Origin: Candidatus Njordarchaeota archaeon | Lineage (GTDB): Archaea > Asgardarchaeota > Njordarchaeia > Njordarchaeales > JAHKLH01 | Direction of reading: 5' to 3' | Assembly (NCBI GenBank): GCA_029856635.1 | Contig: JAHKLH010000001.1 | Coordinates: 1-37,163 of the forward strand | Length of the DNA stretch: 37,163 nucleotides | Shown here: positions 35,787 to 37,163 of the stretch, piece by piece | Position numbering within the stretch: the stretch's first letter is position 1 | Layout: every line of letters begins with the position of its first letter | Position numbers and translations under genes: made by a program | Notes under the pieces: generated by a model | The model's database searches: none | What the model was told of the DNA's origin: nothing | What the model saw: only the letters and a program-made list of their open reading frames with translations

Positions 35787-36185
35787 TTAATCCTCAATTT
35801 GTTCCTCTATTTTCTTTTTCCTATACTCCGTCACAATTCTTCTTAGAGTCATTTCAATAAATTCCTCATTTTTTCCAGCCATTGCAAAAGCATCCTCAAG
35901 AATTTCATCAAATGTATTTTGATCTAGGATAATAATTTCTTCTTTAATGATATCGAGTTTCTTTGGCATTGGTAAAACTGTTATCTTTACTTCATTCTCA
36001 ATCCATTTAAGTTTCCGCCAGTTTTCTTTAACGAAGAGATACTTTATCTGCATTTCTTTAATAAGATTTAACGCTGTTTTCTTTGGAGTTTTTGCAGAAT
36101 TTACAATTAGTGCTACCATTCGTGTCGGGTATTTTTGATATAGAGTTTCCAATTCATCCAGATTTATCACATATCCTATTACCAT
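35787..36185 (-). CDS. hypothetical protein
   Basis: 132-aa ORF lying 36 nt downstream of the DUF460-like gene on the same strand. I recognise no motif. The C-terminus is acidic and helical. Confidence 0.4.
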   Translation of the reverse strand: MVIGYVINLDELETLYQKYPTRMVALIVNSAKTPKKTALNLIKEMQIKYLFVKENWRKLKWIENEVKITVLPMPKKLDIIKEEIIILDQNTFDEILEDAFAMAGKNEEFIEMTLRRIVTEYRKKKIEEQIED

Positions 36186-36221
36186 TTCATTTTCACGTAA
36201 TGTGAGTAATTTACGAAGAAT

Positions 36222-37163
36222 TTAATTTTCGTTCTTAAGTTGAATGATATCTTCTTTCAATTTACGTAGCTGGGACAAAGCTTCCTGCAATTGTGATTTT
36301 AAATTTACTATGTATTGGGATTCTAACTGAGAAAGTTTTCCACTCATTATTTCATTAAGTTCTTTGTTTTTAATCATTAATTGCTTATGGAGATATGCTA
36401 TTTCAGCATCTTTTTCTTTTAATTTAACTCTAAGTTTGCGTATTTCGTCCTGTAATGCTTTTAATTCCACTCTGAACTTCTCCCTCTCTTTCTCTAAGTG
36501 TTCAAGTAATTTTTTCCGCTCTTCTTCCCAATCATGAAAGGTAACACGCGAGGACTTAAGTTCAATCGATTGTAGAGCAGAGGATATTTGCTTATCAATG
36601 TATTTTCTTATGAAAGATGAAATAACTTCTTTTAATGGCTTCCCAAAAATAACCTCCTTCTTGATTTCATCGTGATCGAACAAAGGTGGTAGGCATGATA
36701 ATATATGATCAACCTTTTCTAAAATTTTTCGATAGTGTTGCCAAGCAAGAAATGCCGCAACCAGCGCGTCCCTTTCATGAGAATCTTTAACCTTGATACC
36801 TAGTCCCCTCACTATACTTCGCTTTTCATCCACGCTTAGGACTCTTTTTGGTATGTATACCATTGCACCAACCTTTGATGCAATCTTTTTAATTAGCCCT
36901 TGAACATGGGGAACATCGCATGAAAAAACTATTGGAATTCCATGTTCGTATATTATCTCAAGAGTCTTGATTAACCCCAAATCAGATTGACTTCCCACAT
37001 ACAAGATCCTACCATTTAAATCTAAAATCGCAAGACCTACTGTTTCTCCGGGGTCTAGTCCAATGATTACATATGATTTCTTCGTTATTTCCTTCTTTGT
37101 AACAAAAAGTAATCTATCCCGTTCAACTGGTCGAACAATTATCTGATATAACTCACCCTTGTA
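36222..37163 (-). CDS. DUF460/COG2433-like RNase H-fold (RuvC/YqgF-like) protein with C-terminal coiled coil; 5' end outside the window
   Basis: The reading frame stays open to the window edge (..YVIIGLDPGETVGLAILDLNGRILYVGSQSD..). The blocks DPGET, CDV and SHERDALVAA look like RNase H-fold acidic/His-Asp motifs. The last ~110 aa are heptad-rich K/E/L. Confidence 0.5.
   Translation of the reverse strand, partial: YKGELYQIIVRPVERDRLLFVTKKEITKKSYVIIGLDPGETVGLAILDLNGRILYVGSQSDLGLIKTLEIIYEHGIPIVFSCDVPHVQGLIKKIASKVGAMVYIPKRVLSVDEKRSIVRGLGIKVKDSHERDALVAAFLAWQHYRKILEKVDHILSCLPPLFDHDEIKKEVIFGKPLKEVISSFIRKYIDKQISSALQSIELKSSRVTFHDWEEERKKLLEHLEKEREKFRVELKALQDEIRKLRVKLKEKDAEIAYLHKQLMIKNKELNEIMSGKLSQLESQYIVNLKSQLQEALSQLRKLKEDIIQLKNEN

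Noticed and set aside
1-37163. TATA/BRE-like promoter boxes and oligo-T terminators
   Set aside because: TATA-like A/T runs occur in almost every spacer and inside genes in this AT-rich DNA. I could not discriminate real promoters or terminators by eye, so I annotated none.
1-37163. CRISPR arrays, transposases, integrases and provirus-like blocks
   Set aside because: I scanned the spacers and the ORF list. There are no regularly spaced direct repeats, no DDE or tyrosine/serine recombinase-like ORFs, and no terminal inverted repeats.

Overview
This is a compact, AT-rich archaeal chromosomal window. By eye it is about one-third GC, and only the tRNA is clearly GC-rich. The proteins are K/E/I-rich, which suggests a thermophile. 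All homology calls come from motif recognition by eye, not from searches.

Most of the window is housekeeping. The information-processing genes are aIF5B, MetAP, L21e, TyrRS, an intron-containing tRNA, a DRG-type GTPase, RNase P proteins Rpp30 and Rpp21, RpoF, an Sm protein, ribosomal P1, P0 and L1, a family-B DNA polymerase and an NFACT/RqcH homolog. The metabolic and redox genes are an OFOR beta subunit, HdrC/HdrB-like proteins, a PorD-like ferredoxin, an SdhB-like Fe-S protein, an IorA-like protein, carbamate kinase and PMM/PGM.

I saw no rRNA, CRISPR array, transposase, integrase or obvious provirus.

The main observations worth a second look are:
- A ribophorin I (OST1)-like type I membrane protein. 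This is a eukaryotic-signature protein so far tied to Asgard archaea, so the window probably comes from that lineage.
- A sequon-saturated surface protein next to PMM/PGM.
- A cytosolic GldG/IFT52-type (GIFT-like) domain fused to a long coiled coil.
- A single polypeptide combining several wHTH domains with a nucleotidyltransferase fold, resembling a fused AbiEi/AbiEii module.
- A retropepsin-like protease next to a PaREP1/HEPN-like gene.
- Several apparent pseudoenzymes: a TtuA paralog without a PP-loop, an IorA-like protein without a recognisable TPP site, and a DRG with DxxG changed to DLPS.
- A P0 stalk protein that lacks the conserved C-terminal tail.
- Repeated 3'-end overlaps of convergent genes.
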